From assembly GCA_013265495.1 (NCBI GenBank), contig MU061017.1, positions 7,712,180 through 7,776,179 on the forward strand: DNA of 64,000 nt. The letters are read 5' to 3'. How positions within the stretch are numbered: position 1 is the stretch's first letter; each line of letters starts with the position of its first letter. The DNA comes from Vicugna vicugna (lineage: Eukaryota). Both the position numbers and the translations under genes were made by a program. The notes under the pieces are model-generated. The model was not told the DNA's origin. It ran no database searches and saw only the letters and a list, made by a program, of their open reading frames with translations. This document shows positions 1-10,410 of the stretch, in pieces.

Positions 1-158
1 CCCCTAGTCCTCAGCTCAGCTCCTCCAGGCACGTGTCTTTATGCCATTTCTACCTGTCAGGAAATGGAGTTGAGTGACAGAGAGAAGCCACTGAACCGAC
101 AAATGGCTGGGTTCCAGTCGAGCCCCTTCCCCACACTGCTCCCCAGAGAGCAGAGCAG

Positions 159-218
159 GTGTGTGTGGGGGTGTGTGTGTGTGTGTGTGTCTGAGTGTGT
201 GTGTATGTCTGTCTGTGT
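159..218 (+). repeat. Interrupted (TG)n microsatellite
   Basis: gtgtgtgtggggGTGTGTGTGTGTGTGTGTGTctgagtgtgtgtgtatgtctgtctgtgt seen directly. Confidence 0.95.
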
Positions 219-580
219 CCGGGACAATGGCATTACCTCCCTACCCACTCCTCTTCTGCTCACCCGTGGCTCCTGTTTCTTAAGAGCCACTGAAGGTTTT
301 CATCCCCAGTTAGACATTTTTTAGGAGGTGGAGTTCCGTGAATCACTCAACCACAGTCACACCCGCCTACCCCGATTTGACGCGGGATGGCTGGGGGCTG
401 GGAGCAGGAGGAGGCTTCTGTGAGCCGGGCCAGGGCGGGGAGGGACAGAGACTCGGAGCTCTCCCACCTGCACAGCGGGTCGTGGCGGGATTGCCGGTCC
501 TCCCCGCAGCGGCTGTCGGGTGGTAGCGCGGGCCACTGGGCTGGAGGGGCGGCTCCCCGCAGGGACGCAGGACTCAGGGA

Positions 581-608
581 CTCACGCGCTCCCTCCGCTC
601 TCCCGCAG
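581..608 (+). promoter_or_regulatory. GRIK4: 3' splice site (branch point, polypyrimidine tract, CAG) of the GRIK4 first coding exon
   Basis: CTCAC branch-like motif 581-585 (A584), then gcgctccctccgctctcccg and CAG ending at 608. Confidence 0.85.
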
Positions 609-740
609 AGCTATGTCATGCGCAGACCAGCAGGGGGCTCCATGAGGATTTATGGAAGATGCCCCGCGTCTCGGCGCCTCTGGTGCTGCTTCCCGCGTGG
701 CTCGTGATGGTCGCCTGCAGTCCGCTCTCCCTGAGGATCG
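609..740 (+). other. GRIK4: GRIK4 exon containing the start codon (50 nt 5' UTR + 82 nt CDS)
   Basis: Bounded by ccgcAG at 607-608 and GTAAGC at 741-746; the 50+82 layout matches my recollection of the human GRIK4 ATG exon. Confidence 0.9.
659..740 (+). CDS. GRIK4: Glutamate receptor ionotropic kainate 4 (GluK4/KA1), first coding exon: signal peptide and start of the mature N-terminus (partial CDS)
   Basis: Translates [27 protein letters not shown] + G, matching the known GluK4 N-terminus (human [28 protein letters not shown], from memory); ATG in gaagATGc; phase-1 donor G|GTAAG. Confidence 0.96.
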
Positions 741-3554
741 GTAAGCCATGTTCCGGCGGCCCCCAGAGGGCAGCCCAGCTCCGGGTGACGCCCCTCCCAC
801 ACCCAGGTGCCCGCAGGGGACGTCAGACCCTGCGTGCTGCTCTCCCCCAGTTTGGCTGGGGCAGGGGCGGTGGGGGTGGGGCAGTGACAGACCCGCAGCT
901 CCCATCTGTTCCACCTGCCCAGCTCCCCTTGCGACGAGAATACAGATGCTGACAAGTGCCTGGTGTGGTTTGTGACTGACTCAGCCAAGCACGCTCCGGG
1001 CGGCTGTGGGCGATGAGGGCAGGGCTTCCGAATCCAGGGCTAGAGAGCAGAGGTCATGGCTCCTCTCCTCTGGTTGAGCCACGAAGGCTTCCTGGAGAGT
1101 GTGTTCGGATGAAATGTTCTTGTGCCCCTGGCCTGGCGGCCTGGCAGGCCCTTGCCTTGGCGTCCGCTTGCCCCTGGTCTGGTTCCGGGGAGGAAGGGCA
1201 GGGATGCTTCTGTGACATGTGTCCACCTGCTCCTTCCCTTGTCCTGGCTGCCACGGGGTGCCCATTCTAGATGTGGGCAGATGCTGTTGCCGCCCACTCC
1301 ATCCGGACCCCTGTGCCTGCCTGAAGACTTGGCCCTTCCCGGGTAACGGAGTGCCTGGGAAGTCAAGTGCCTCCTCCTGTGCCCACCTTCAAGGCTCATT
1401 GCCCGCAGGCTGGGGCACTGTCGATCCAGGTCCTGGGGACACACCCCAGGCTCAGAGACAAGGAGACAGTCCAGTCCAACAGGCACTGGGTGGTCATCTG
1501 ATGGCCTGAAAAGGGTGTTGGGATTTAGGAATATCTGCAGTGTGGACAAACAGGTGGGGCAAAGCAGTGAGAAATTCAGGCAGGTGAGTTGGTCACAAGA
1601 AGACCGGCCCAACAGCAGGACCCCCTGAGCAAGGCTAGGCAACAGCCCTAGAAGGACTCAAACACCAGGCAGGTTATCCAGGCAGGTGCCCACCTGAGGC
1701 CCCTCCTCCCAGACTGGGATGGGGAGGGGGGAAAGTGGATACTAAGAACAAGGCAGGATTCTAGACCCTAAACTTGAATTTGAAAGGGTTAGAGGATGAT
1801 TTAGAATGAAGATGTCAAGACTTGGAATCACAGGGAATTGGCCTAAAGCTCCCAAATTCCTCCAGTTGCACTCAAGACTGGCTCTAAGGACATGCCAGAG
1901 GTTGGCGTGATGGCGATGGTGTTCAGGAGGCCTGGGTGGGCAAAGCCAGTAATCACGGGTCAGAGGCCAAGCTGCAGGTCCCCGAGCTGCTCCATGCCAC
2001 CTGGTGGGCACGTGGGCACGTTTCTCCATGCATATGCAGTGACCACTGATTGATGAGAAACGAGGATCTGTGACTCAGTCCTTTCCCTCACCCTGCCCTC
2101 GGCTCACCATGCTGCCTACTTAAAAAAAGGAATTAAAAACAAAATCTTCCCTCCTTCTTCCCCATTCACTTATACTGAAACTTCAAAACCTAATTTAATT
2201 CTGCTTAGCAGCAATGCAAAACGGTTCATATCCTTAAGATGCTTAATTTATAAGTGCCTCCAGTTATTCAGCATTTGCTGCCAGGTTTTCCCCTCCTCTA
2301 AATAAGTGGATAAAGCAGTAACCCATCAATTTCCATTTGTCGCTAATGGGAAGCGGAAAGGGATGGAGCCGGAATCGGCAGCACCTCACGGGCCTCGGCT
2401 TTCCTGACACTTGTTCCCCGGGAGGGAAACAGAAAGTAGAGCTGACAGCTCCCTCCCCGGCCTGCTACTCGACAGCAGAGGGCTTCAGAGGGACCCCTCG
2501 TTCTCCCAACCCCACACGTGGAGCAGAGCTTGTCCAGTTCCATCAGCTCTGCTGGCGCACAGTTCTGGTTCATGCCAGGCCACTTCCAGCTGATTTCCAG
2601 CCAGGGGCCCTGCTGGCTGGCAAGGTCAGACCGGATCTCATCTCCTGCAGAGGCCAGGAAGCAGAATGAAGCCAGCAAAGGGAGAGGAAAGCAAAGAAAA
2701 AACCAAAACAGCAGTGCCGAGGCTTGTTTTTCTGTCTCCTTGGTTATCCTAGGAGCTCGGAGTTTTATGGATGGAAAGGTGCTAATTACATGGATTCCGG
2801 AGGGGATCTGGAGTAGGGCAGGGATGGGAGGAGAAGTAGGTCAAGAAAATACAAGTAACTATGCTTAGTGGCAGGCAGCCTTCCATGCCGCTGGACTGGA
2901 CCAGTGTTGATGGCGCCGGGTCCCCCAAGTACTCCAGAGGCTCGTGGGAAAGGGAGGGGCTGCTGCTCCTTCCCACTTCCCAGGGGTCACTTCTCCCCAC
3001 ATTGGATTTTTCTGGGGTTCCTCCAAAATCCCCAGCTTCAGAGTAGATGGCTCTGAGAGCGAGGCTGCACCAGAGCGAAGGGACCAGGAATCTTGGAGAT
3101 AAATTGCCCCTCCTGCTCCATCCCCAGCCTGGCTTGTCGGCTGGTGACAATATGGATGTTGGTAAAGAGGCGTGAGCCCATTACCCTGCCTTGGGACTGC
3201 TGTTTTTCATTCAAGTGAGGCACGGGCGGGAGATACAGCCAAATTGTCTATCACGGTGTCTGTGTTTACCCCCTGAATGAGGTTTTGGGTAAGAGAAAGG
3301 GATTTTATTTATGGCAGTGAGGCTGTCCGCATAAATTCCCCAAACTCTCACACATATGTCAGCCCCCTTCAGTCATCTATCTTCTGAAAATGTCTTTTGA
3401 TTTTGCTTCTGTCCCTCTGGGTCCTCTGAGTGATGACTGTGGGAGCCACAAGTTAATAAATGCCCTGAGACGACGCCTCCCCCCCCATCTCTGCAGCCCT
3501 CCATTACTTAAAGGGACCATCATGATTTCTTAGAGTAGTAAAGGATTCTAAGGA

Positions 3555-3635
3555 TCCCATTTTCCAGTCTGCTCATTTCACAGATGAGGAGAGAGGCCCA
3601 AAGTGGGTGGTGACTTGGCCGAGGGCACAGGGCAG
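3555..3635 (-). mobile_element. MIR SINE fragment
   Basis: catttcacagatgaggagagaggcccaaagtgggtggtgacttggccgagggcacag resembles the MIR core, antisense. Confidence 0.65.
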
Positions 3636-4589
3636 GTAGGGGTGGGGCTGGTGGTCGTGAGCCCCCCAGCCCCGTCTTCTTGCAGTGCTCTCTCCGTTGC
3701 CCACAGTAGGCTCCCTTAGCCTTTGGGTGAGCAGACTCACCTTCAACAGCAGGTGAAGGTCATTGTCTCTTGTAGTTTTCTCCCATCCCGTTTTTGATGT
3801 TAGCAAATGCTACCCTGGTCCTTGAACACATTACGAGCTCAGTATGTGTCAGCTGAATGAATGCTAGGCTACCCAGCCTGCCTCCCGTTACCCCTTCCCT
3901 GGCCCCTTATTTCATCCACACAGCTGCTCACTGGGAACCAGATATAACACGCCCCCGAGGTCCACTCCGGGCTTTTCCCATCCCTCTCCTCCGCCTGTAG
4001 AGCTCTTCCTCCGTTCCATATTCTCTGCTTGGGAAACAGCAACTTCTTCCTCTCCATCTTCTTCCTCCTCCCCCTTCTCCCCCACTTCCTCCTTTGCCTC
4101 CTCCTTCTCCACCATCATTGGCTTAAATGCTCTTCCTCTGCAAACTTCTTTCCCAATATCACCCTGTCCCTCCCAGGGACAGATCATCTTTTCCTAACCA
4201 TTCTCCCATCCCCCGTTACAGCACTTACTGAGTTGTGCTCTAATTCTTATGGCATTTTCCTACCAGACTCTGAATTCCAAGGGAGATCGACCCCCTAACA
4301 CAGGTCCTGACACTTGATGTCGGCAAGCATGTCACACAGGCTCAATAAACGGGTGGGTGGATGAGTCCATGGCCCTGGTTAAGACTTGGTTCCCCAAGGA
4401 CATATATTGCGTATCATTGTTACAAAGTTTCTTCTGGCTCTTACCTGTGCTTAAAGAGGCAGATTCATTGGAGGAAGTAGGAGAAAGAGAAAATGTCCAT
4501 CTATCTTACTTATACGAGAGAAGGGGAACAGGCTGGGGATCCTGATTGGGTTCTAAAGCAAGTTTTGGCTATAATGGTAAAAACAGGGA

Positions 4590-4680
4590 TTCAACGATTC
4601 ATTCATTAATTCACTCAACACGTATTTATTGAGTGCTGTGGGCCAAGCACTGAGGATATGGTGCTAAAGAATAATAATCC
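4590..4680 (-). mobile_element. L2 3' end
   Basis: attcattcattaattcactcaacacgtatttattgagtgc is the antisense L2 tail. Confidence 0.7.
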
Positions 4681-4714
4681 CCACAGTTATTCCACTTGGA
4701 AAGGCCTCCCTCTC

Positions 4715-4875
4715 TCCCAGGCACTGTGCTAGGTATTTCTCATATTTCAGGAGACCTTCATGTCAGAATTAATGATCCAATGTTAATAGATGAAGAAACA
4801 GAGGCTCGGGGAGTGTAAATAACTTGTCTGAGGTCACACAGAGACTGCAATTCGAACCTGTCTGTCTCCAAAGCT
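4715..4875 (-). mobile_element. MIR SINE fragment
   Basis: ccaggcactgtgctagg ... atagatgaagaaacagaggctc ... gaggtcacacag. Confidence 0.7.
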
Positions 4876-5074
4876 TCTCTTTCTGCCTTACCATACTGCA
4901 TCTCGTTCACCCCGGAGACATTTGGGATGCCCCATTGTCACAGCAGTCACATTAAACATCTTCTGTTCTATCCAGTAAAGGAACTGAAAGATGGGAATCG
5001 TTATTGCCTTAATCGTCTCTTGCTCTTTTTTGATTCTTTTACTCCCAAATGATTTCCTAAGGGCACAGGCAAAG

Positions 5075-5150
5075 TCCATCTGACAGATGAGGAAACTGAG
5101 GCCTGGGGATTTGAGAAGCTTGCTCATGGTGTGACCGGGTCCTGCTCAGC
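5075..5150 (-). mobile_element. MIR SINE fragment
   Basis: acagatgaggaaactgaggc exact MIR core. Confidence 0.75.
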
Positions 5151-6344
5151 GTGGGTGGCACTAGACACATCAGCAGGTTATTGTAGCAATCGGATCTCTT
5201 TCTCTTTTAAGGTTTCCCCGTGAGGTGAAGCGGCGAGAGCTTGGATTGATTTCACACTGTGTCTTACCAGCACCCCAAGCACTTTACAACTACCATTTTT
5301 TACTTGGTTGGTTTCTCCCAGTGCGCCCCAAGTCCTGCAGAGAGAATGTGAAACACACAGCGTTCGAATGTTATGAAGATGAAGATAACAAAAAAATTGA
5401 GGGAGGCAAGGGGGGAGAGTAAAAAACACTGGTTTTCTTATCCTGTTCTGCTGTGTATTAAATATATCGGACCCACCAGGATCCAGATATACCAGCGGAA
5501 TTCTGTGCCTTGGGGAAGACTCACCATGGGGTGTTTTGAGTAGTGGGCTCCCGTTCATAATGTGACCACGTGATGTGATTAACGACATTTTGGTCAGCGT
5601 GTGACTTCGTCTCTTTTCCAAATTGAGTCACCCCATAAGCAATCAATAGATCTTTCACGTTAGTGACAAATAGAAATTGATGACTTTCTCCTCCAGCTGT
5701 CATCTAGAGAGGGAATCTGTATACAAAGCTTTCTGGGACTCAGCCCCCTCCCCTGGTGAACATCTTTGGGGATCTGTGTCTTTCTTATTATGCCTGTATT
5801 CCTGGGTCTAGCCCAGTGCCTGGCCCATAGTCAGTACTTTGGAAGTGTTTGCTAGATAAATTCTCCAATGGGTAAGGTTTAAATCTTGAACTGACTTGTC
5901 AGTTCTCAAATTTCTCTTCTCCCAGATACTGGTCAGTGCTCAAAAATGCAAACCAATTTTATTTAACAGTAAGTGTTCAAAATACGTCTTTAGGAGAGTG
6001 TTTTGCCAAAAGCAGTCTGTGAGGGTGTCTGCCTACACACGTGCTTGCACAAGGCCATCTCTCCTGTCCTTCGTGTCCCCCCACCTACCCTGCTGCCACC
6101 ACATCTTCAGAGGGATGAGGGAGGTTTGACTGCATTAGAAAAGCATGCAGGCCAGTGTGTTGTGCAGAGTCACTCAGCCCACAGTGGGGTCATCTGTCCT
6201 TGCCTGTGGCTTGGTCTTTTGCCAGGAACACCACACTGTATACTTTCAGGACATTTGTCTTCTCTCTCACCTTTCCAGAACCCATTTGTGAGCTACAGCC
6301 TTAGGCCATAGTCTCTTCCATTGAGAGATGACGGTTGAATTAGG

Positions 6345-6450
6345 CCTAGCGACTCCACTTTACAGATAAGAGAAACTGGGGCTCCCATAAGGCGAAGTGA
6401 GTTGGCAATGGCCCATGTGGCGGTGCCGGGGCTCCTGACTCCACCCGTCT
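6345..6450 (-). mobile_element. MIR SINE fragment
   Basis: ccactttacagataagagaaactggggctc MIR core variant. Confidence 0.6.
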
Positions 6451-7259
6451 GGTGACATGGGTGCCACGGTTTATAGTGTATAATGTGTTCTTACACCTGT
6501 GTTAGTTCAGTTTCCCCAATAACCTGCAAGGCGGGGAGAACACATCTTGTCAAAGAGGAGCCTGAGGTCCACAGAGTGTGTGACTTGCTCATCTGGAGGG
6601 GAGGGGTGGCCTCCAGGGGAAGCGAGGAGAGGACATCTCCTAGGTGGGATCAAAGGGGGTCTACTGAGTCCAATCGGAGGCCAGCCGAGGTGGCGGGGCC
6701 CTCAATAACCTGTTGACAGTACATCCTTGATGGGTGAGGACTGAAAGCCACCAAGGTCAGCGTGCTGACCCCGGGACCTCACAAAATCAGGCCGCGCTAA
6801 AGAGAACAGGCAAGTCACAGCAGGGAAAATTATGTTTTCTTAAACATCTCGTGATTAATCTCTGGAAGGAAACTAAGAAAGACCCCTTAGCAGAGGTCTC
6901 GGAGGAAAGGGATGGGGCTGTTCCCTAACTAAAAGTCCGAGATAATAGAGCTGATTTCCGAAGAATTTTGGCGCGTGGCTGCCAGTGTTGGTTTGTACTG
7001 GAATGGCCTGCCTCCCTGGGCTCTCATTTTGCCTCCGCGCATGAGGTGACCCGCAGAGCCTGCTGTCTGGATGAGGCCCTGCCCGGCAGAGACGTGCATG
7101 GTTTGAGAGAACAGGCATGGTGAGACTTTGCCAGAATTTCAAAAACTTGTCTCCAGATTTGTGAAGTGGTTTCCAAAAGTCTTGGGATGGGAAGTGAGTC
7201 ATTAGCAAGCTCTGTTTCTTGGTGGGGAGTGGTGTGTTGCCGGAGGAGGTGGAAATGAT

Positions 7260-7440
7260 GGAGAGGGATTTGGGTTTGACGTAAAAAAAATGTCTAGCAG
7301 ACAGATGGAATGGGCTGTTCTGGATGCTGAGGTCCCCACAGCTGGTGGTGGCCACAGGTGGTCTGGACAGGGATTTCAGCATCCGTGATGGGGCTGGACC
7401 TGTGACCTCTAGGACCCCTTTCAGCCTGGGGTCCTGTGAG
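7260..7440 (+). mobile_element. L3/CR1 (or MIR3) 3' end relic
   Basis: atggaatgggctg ... ggacctgtgacctctaggacccctttcagcctggggtcctgtga resembles the L3 3' terminus. Confidence 0.6.
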
Positions 7441-8404
7441 ATATGAATACTTAGCCTTGGCTCTGTTCTCCTGTTATTAGGGAGACGTGCCGTTGTCATT
7501 CTGTCCTCATTAACAACCACTAATGAGAGCTCAGAGTGGAGGTGGACGTCTGCCTCATTTAAGCCATGACCCCATTTGACACCAGTGGCTTAAGCCAGAT
7601 AGGATATGAAGCCCTCCTGATTCTTCTTGCTCTGTTGGTGTAGACCTGTCGGGGTATTTCTTTTCTCCCTGTGCCCACTGCTGGGGGAGTCTGGGAAGCG
7701 GGGCAGTGATGAAGCTGGTGGCAGCTCTCAGCTGAGTGCCTAAGTGTGCATGAGCCCAAGTGGGCGGGTTGCACACGTGTGTCCTGGCAGAGTCCTCACA
7801 TCCCACTCGCAGCCTCGCAGCTTGGCTGCAGGCCAGACCGCGGTCACACGTAGCCCTCCTTAGTCTGGATGAGGGGACACGCATTCCATATCGGCTGGAC
7901 GGGAGCTGAGCCTTGGCTGCTGGGAGCCCTGGGCAGCAGGAGGCCTCAGAAGACAGCTGTCAGGCTGCCCAGCAGCCCCGCTGTGTCTTGTTTAGTGTGT
8001 GTTTCTTCCCATCGAGCTGAGATAGGGGCCCAGTCCGCTTGTAGGGGGTCCCGTCGGGGAGGCTCCTTAAGTCCACACTGAGGACGGGCATGGTGCCGAG
8101 TGGTGGCTCGTCCAGTCGGGGCTCAACAGGTGTGTGTCCGTGACTGGGACGGTGCCACCATGCTGGACTTGGAAAGAAAACCTGGGTAACGGGGTGGGTG
8201 GCCACTGGGGCAGCCACCAGAGGGGCCGTCTTGGGTCTCCCGCCTCTCATTTCCTTCTGCCCTAACTCACCCAGGTGCCTTCCATCACTGATCCAAGCTG
8301 ATTGGGTTCTGGAGAGCTCGGGGACACCAGAGAGCCTTGATGTGTTCTGGGCAGCACGGGGATTGGCTCTGGAAGTTCCCAGCATCGTGTGCCACCAGAG
8401 CCTG

Positions 8405-8590
8405 GCTCTAACCAGACTGCCTGGGTTTGAATCTGAGCTCCGCCCTTTACTAGTTGTATGACTTTGGCCACAGTTTCTTCCTCTATAACATCGTGACAGT
8501 ATCACCACCTCATGTTTTTATGAGAATCCAATAAAGTCATTGCCTAGAAAGCACTGAGAATGGTGTCCTGTCAGTAGTAAGTGCTGTGAA
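8405..8590 (+). mobile_element. MIR SINE
   Basis: ccagactgcctgggtttgaatctgagctccgccctttactagttgtatgactttgg matches the MIR 5' part. Confidence 0.8.
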
Positions 8591-9009
8591 AGTGGCATCT
8601 GCTGTTGGGAGTGACACTGGGTGGCCGCCCCGTCTCCATCTCTCAGTCTTCCCCTGCCTGGAGCACCCTTCACCACTCCTCCACTGACTGCTGTTTCTTC
8701 CCTTTTTCTAAACCCTGCTCTAAACTCACCTCTTTCTAAGAAGCTGAGGATTCTCACCTGGTATGGAAAGCACTTCCAAAATCTCAGCGTGCATAAAGCA
8801 GGCATGCCGACCCCGTCGCACATTGCACTGTCTTCACTGGTCTACACCCACCTGTTTCATAAACATTTAAAAAGCCTTATTTGAATTCTGTCTGCCCAAC
8901 AAGCCTAAGAGCATCCTGAGAGATTGGACTCCAGCTTCTCTACCTTTCCAGTGTCGTGGGCTTCTCACACTGGGGTGATGGTCCCTGGTACTGGCTAGTG
9001 GATTTGAAT

Positions 9010-10410
9010 GGTCTCCCATCTTAAAAACCTCCCTTAGCCCCTCATCCTTTTCCTGCTACTGCTCTATTTCTCTCCTTCCCATTGCAGAGAAACTCTGCAA
9101 AAGAATTCTTATTCAAAGCGGTCTCCATCTCCTCTCCTCTCTTACTCTACCAACAGGACTCCTTCCCATCAGAATTCCACCCCCATCCATGGTGTCCACA
9201 TGGCCAAGTCCGATCATCTGTCCCCAGGCCTCACTCTACCAGCAGCATTTGACACAGTCCTTTACTCTTCCTTTAAACGCTTCTTTCTCTTGGCTTCTGG
9301 ATCACCCTCCGTTTTGGTTCTTGCCCTGCCTCACTGGCTCTCAGACGTCTTTGCTGATTCCTCTGCAATGCGGATGTGCCCCAGGGTTCTGTCCTTAGGC
9401 CTCGTCTCTCGCCACCCACTCCCGAGTGATCCTATCCAGTTTCATGGCTACATTTAGCTGCAGATGACTCTCCAAGCTCATCTCCAGCTCTGACCTCGCC
9501 CCGTAACTCCAGACTTACATGCCTACTCACCATCCCCTCTTGGATGCCTGAGAGAAGCTCGAACTTGATGTGTCCGTGTCCCAAATCGAGCTGCCGATGA
9601 TCCCCTCCAAGCCTGCCTCTTCTGCTGTCTCCCCCGTCTCATTCATGGTAACGCCATTCTCTCTATTTAGTCTTAGGAATCATGCTCGGCCCCATCTTCC
9701 TCTGACATCCCATATCCTCCCGGTCAGCAGATCCTGTTCGCTCTACCTTCCAAGTATATCCGGAACCCAACCCCTTCTTGCCGCCTCAGCTGTGGCTTTC
9801 CTGTTCCAGGACAGAATCCCTTCTCCCCTGGATTTCTGCAAAGCTTTCCTACTAGTTTCTCTGCTGCCGTCTCACTTTCATTTCTCAAAATGGCAGCAAG
9901 GGAATGATCCTTCTAAAGTATTAGTTGGATCATGTCAGTCCTTGGCTCAACCCCTCCAATGCCTTCTCATCTCATCTCGTGTCAGAGTGAAAGAAAGAGA
10001 CCTCACGGTGTCCCACAGGGCCCTCCGTGCTCTGGCCCTGTTCTCTTACTTTCCGTTCTCATCTCTTACCACTCTGCCCCTGTTCACGCCATACCAGCCC
10101 ACTACCCGCCCCAGCTGCCCTGCTGTTCTCTCCACCTAGAACACTCTTCACCTAGATGTCTGCGTGGTTCACTTTCTCACTTTCTGTAGGTGGTGCCTTG
10201 CCCCCAGTCGCACTCTCCGTCTCCTTCTCTCTCTTCCTTGCTTTGTTTTTTCCATAGCACTTGTCACCATCTGACAAGCTGGTCCTATTTGTTTATTGTC
10301 TGAGTCCTCCATCAGACCTTTGTTTTGTTCTCTTCCATTTCCCCAGCACGTAAGACAGTGCCTGGTATACAGAAGGCGCTCACTAAATATCTACTGAATG
10401 AGTGGATGAT
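9010..10410 (+). mobile_element. Long L2 LINE relic
   Basis: CT-rich body with gcatttgacacag and cacatccctcttggatgcc motifs; 3' end cagtgcctggtatacagaaggcgctcactaaatatctactgaatga. Confidence 0.85.

Larger units (their letters stand above)
380..1010. promoter_or_regulatory. GRIK4: CpG island with GC boxes over the first coding exon of GRIK4
   Basis: Dense CpG and high GC compared with the CpG-poor intron; GC boxes GGGCGGGG 433-440 and GGGGCGGC 546-553. Boundaries judged by eye. Confidence 0.75.

Noticed and set aside
387-707. 106-aa ORF across the exon
   Set aside because: Its start is upstream of the splice acceptor; only the exonic part from ATG618 matters, and it is treated as an overlapping uORF.
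659-952. 97-aa ORF from the GRIK4 ATG
   Set aside because: Only codons 1-27 are GluK4; the rest is read-through past the GTAAG donor into GC-rich intron, and I saw no nearby AATAAA to support a retained-intron isoform.
1581-1589. Consensus donor CAG|GTGAGT
   Set aside because: No convincing upstream acceptor; one such 9-mer in 64 kb is unremarkable.
1040-1642. 200-aa minus-strand ORF
   Set aside because: No recognisable homology; composition typical of chance ORFs in GC-rich DNA.
6966-6975. Perfect E2F motif TTTTGGCGCG
   Set aside because: Single site outside a promoter or CpG island, with no supporting context.
6873-7520. 215-aa minus-strand ORF
   Set aside because: No domain similarity; partly overlaps an L3 relic on the opposite strand.
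9570-10139. 189-aa ORF rich in S/L/P/F
   Set aside because: Lies wholly within the CT-rich L2 relic; compositional artefact.
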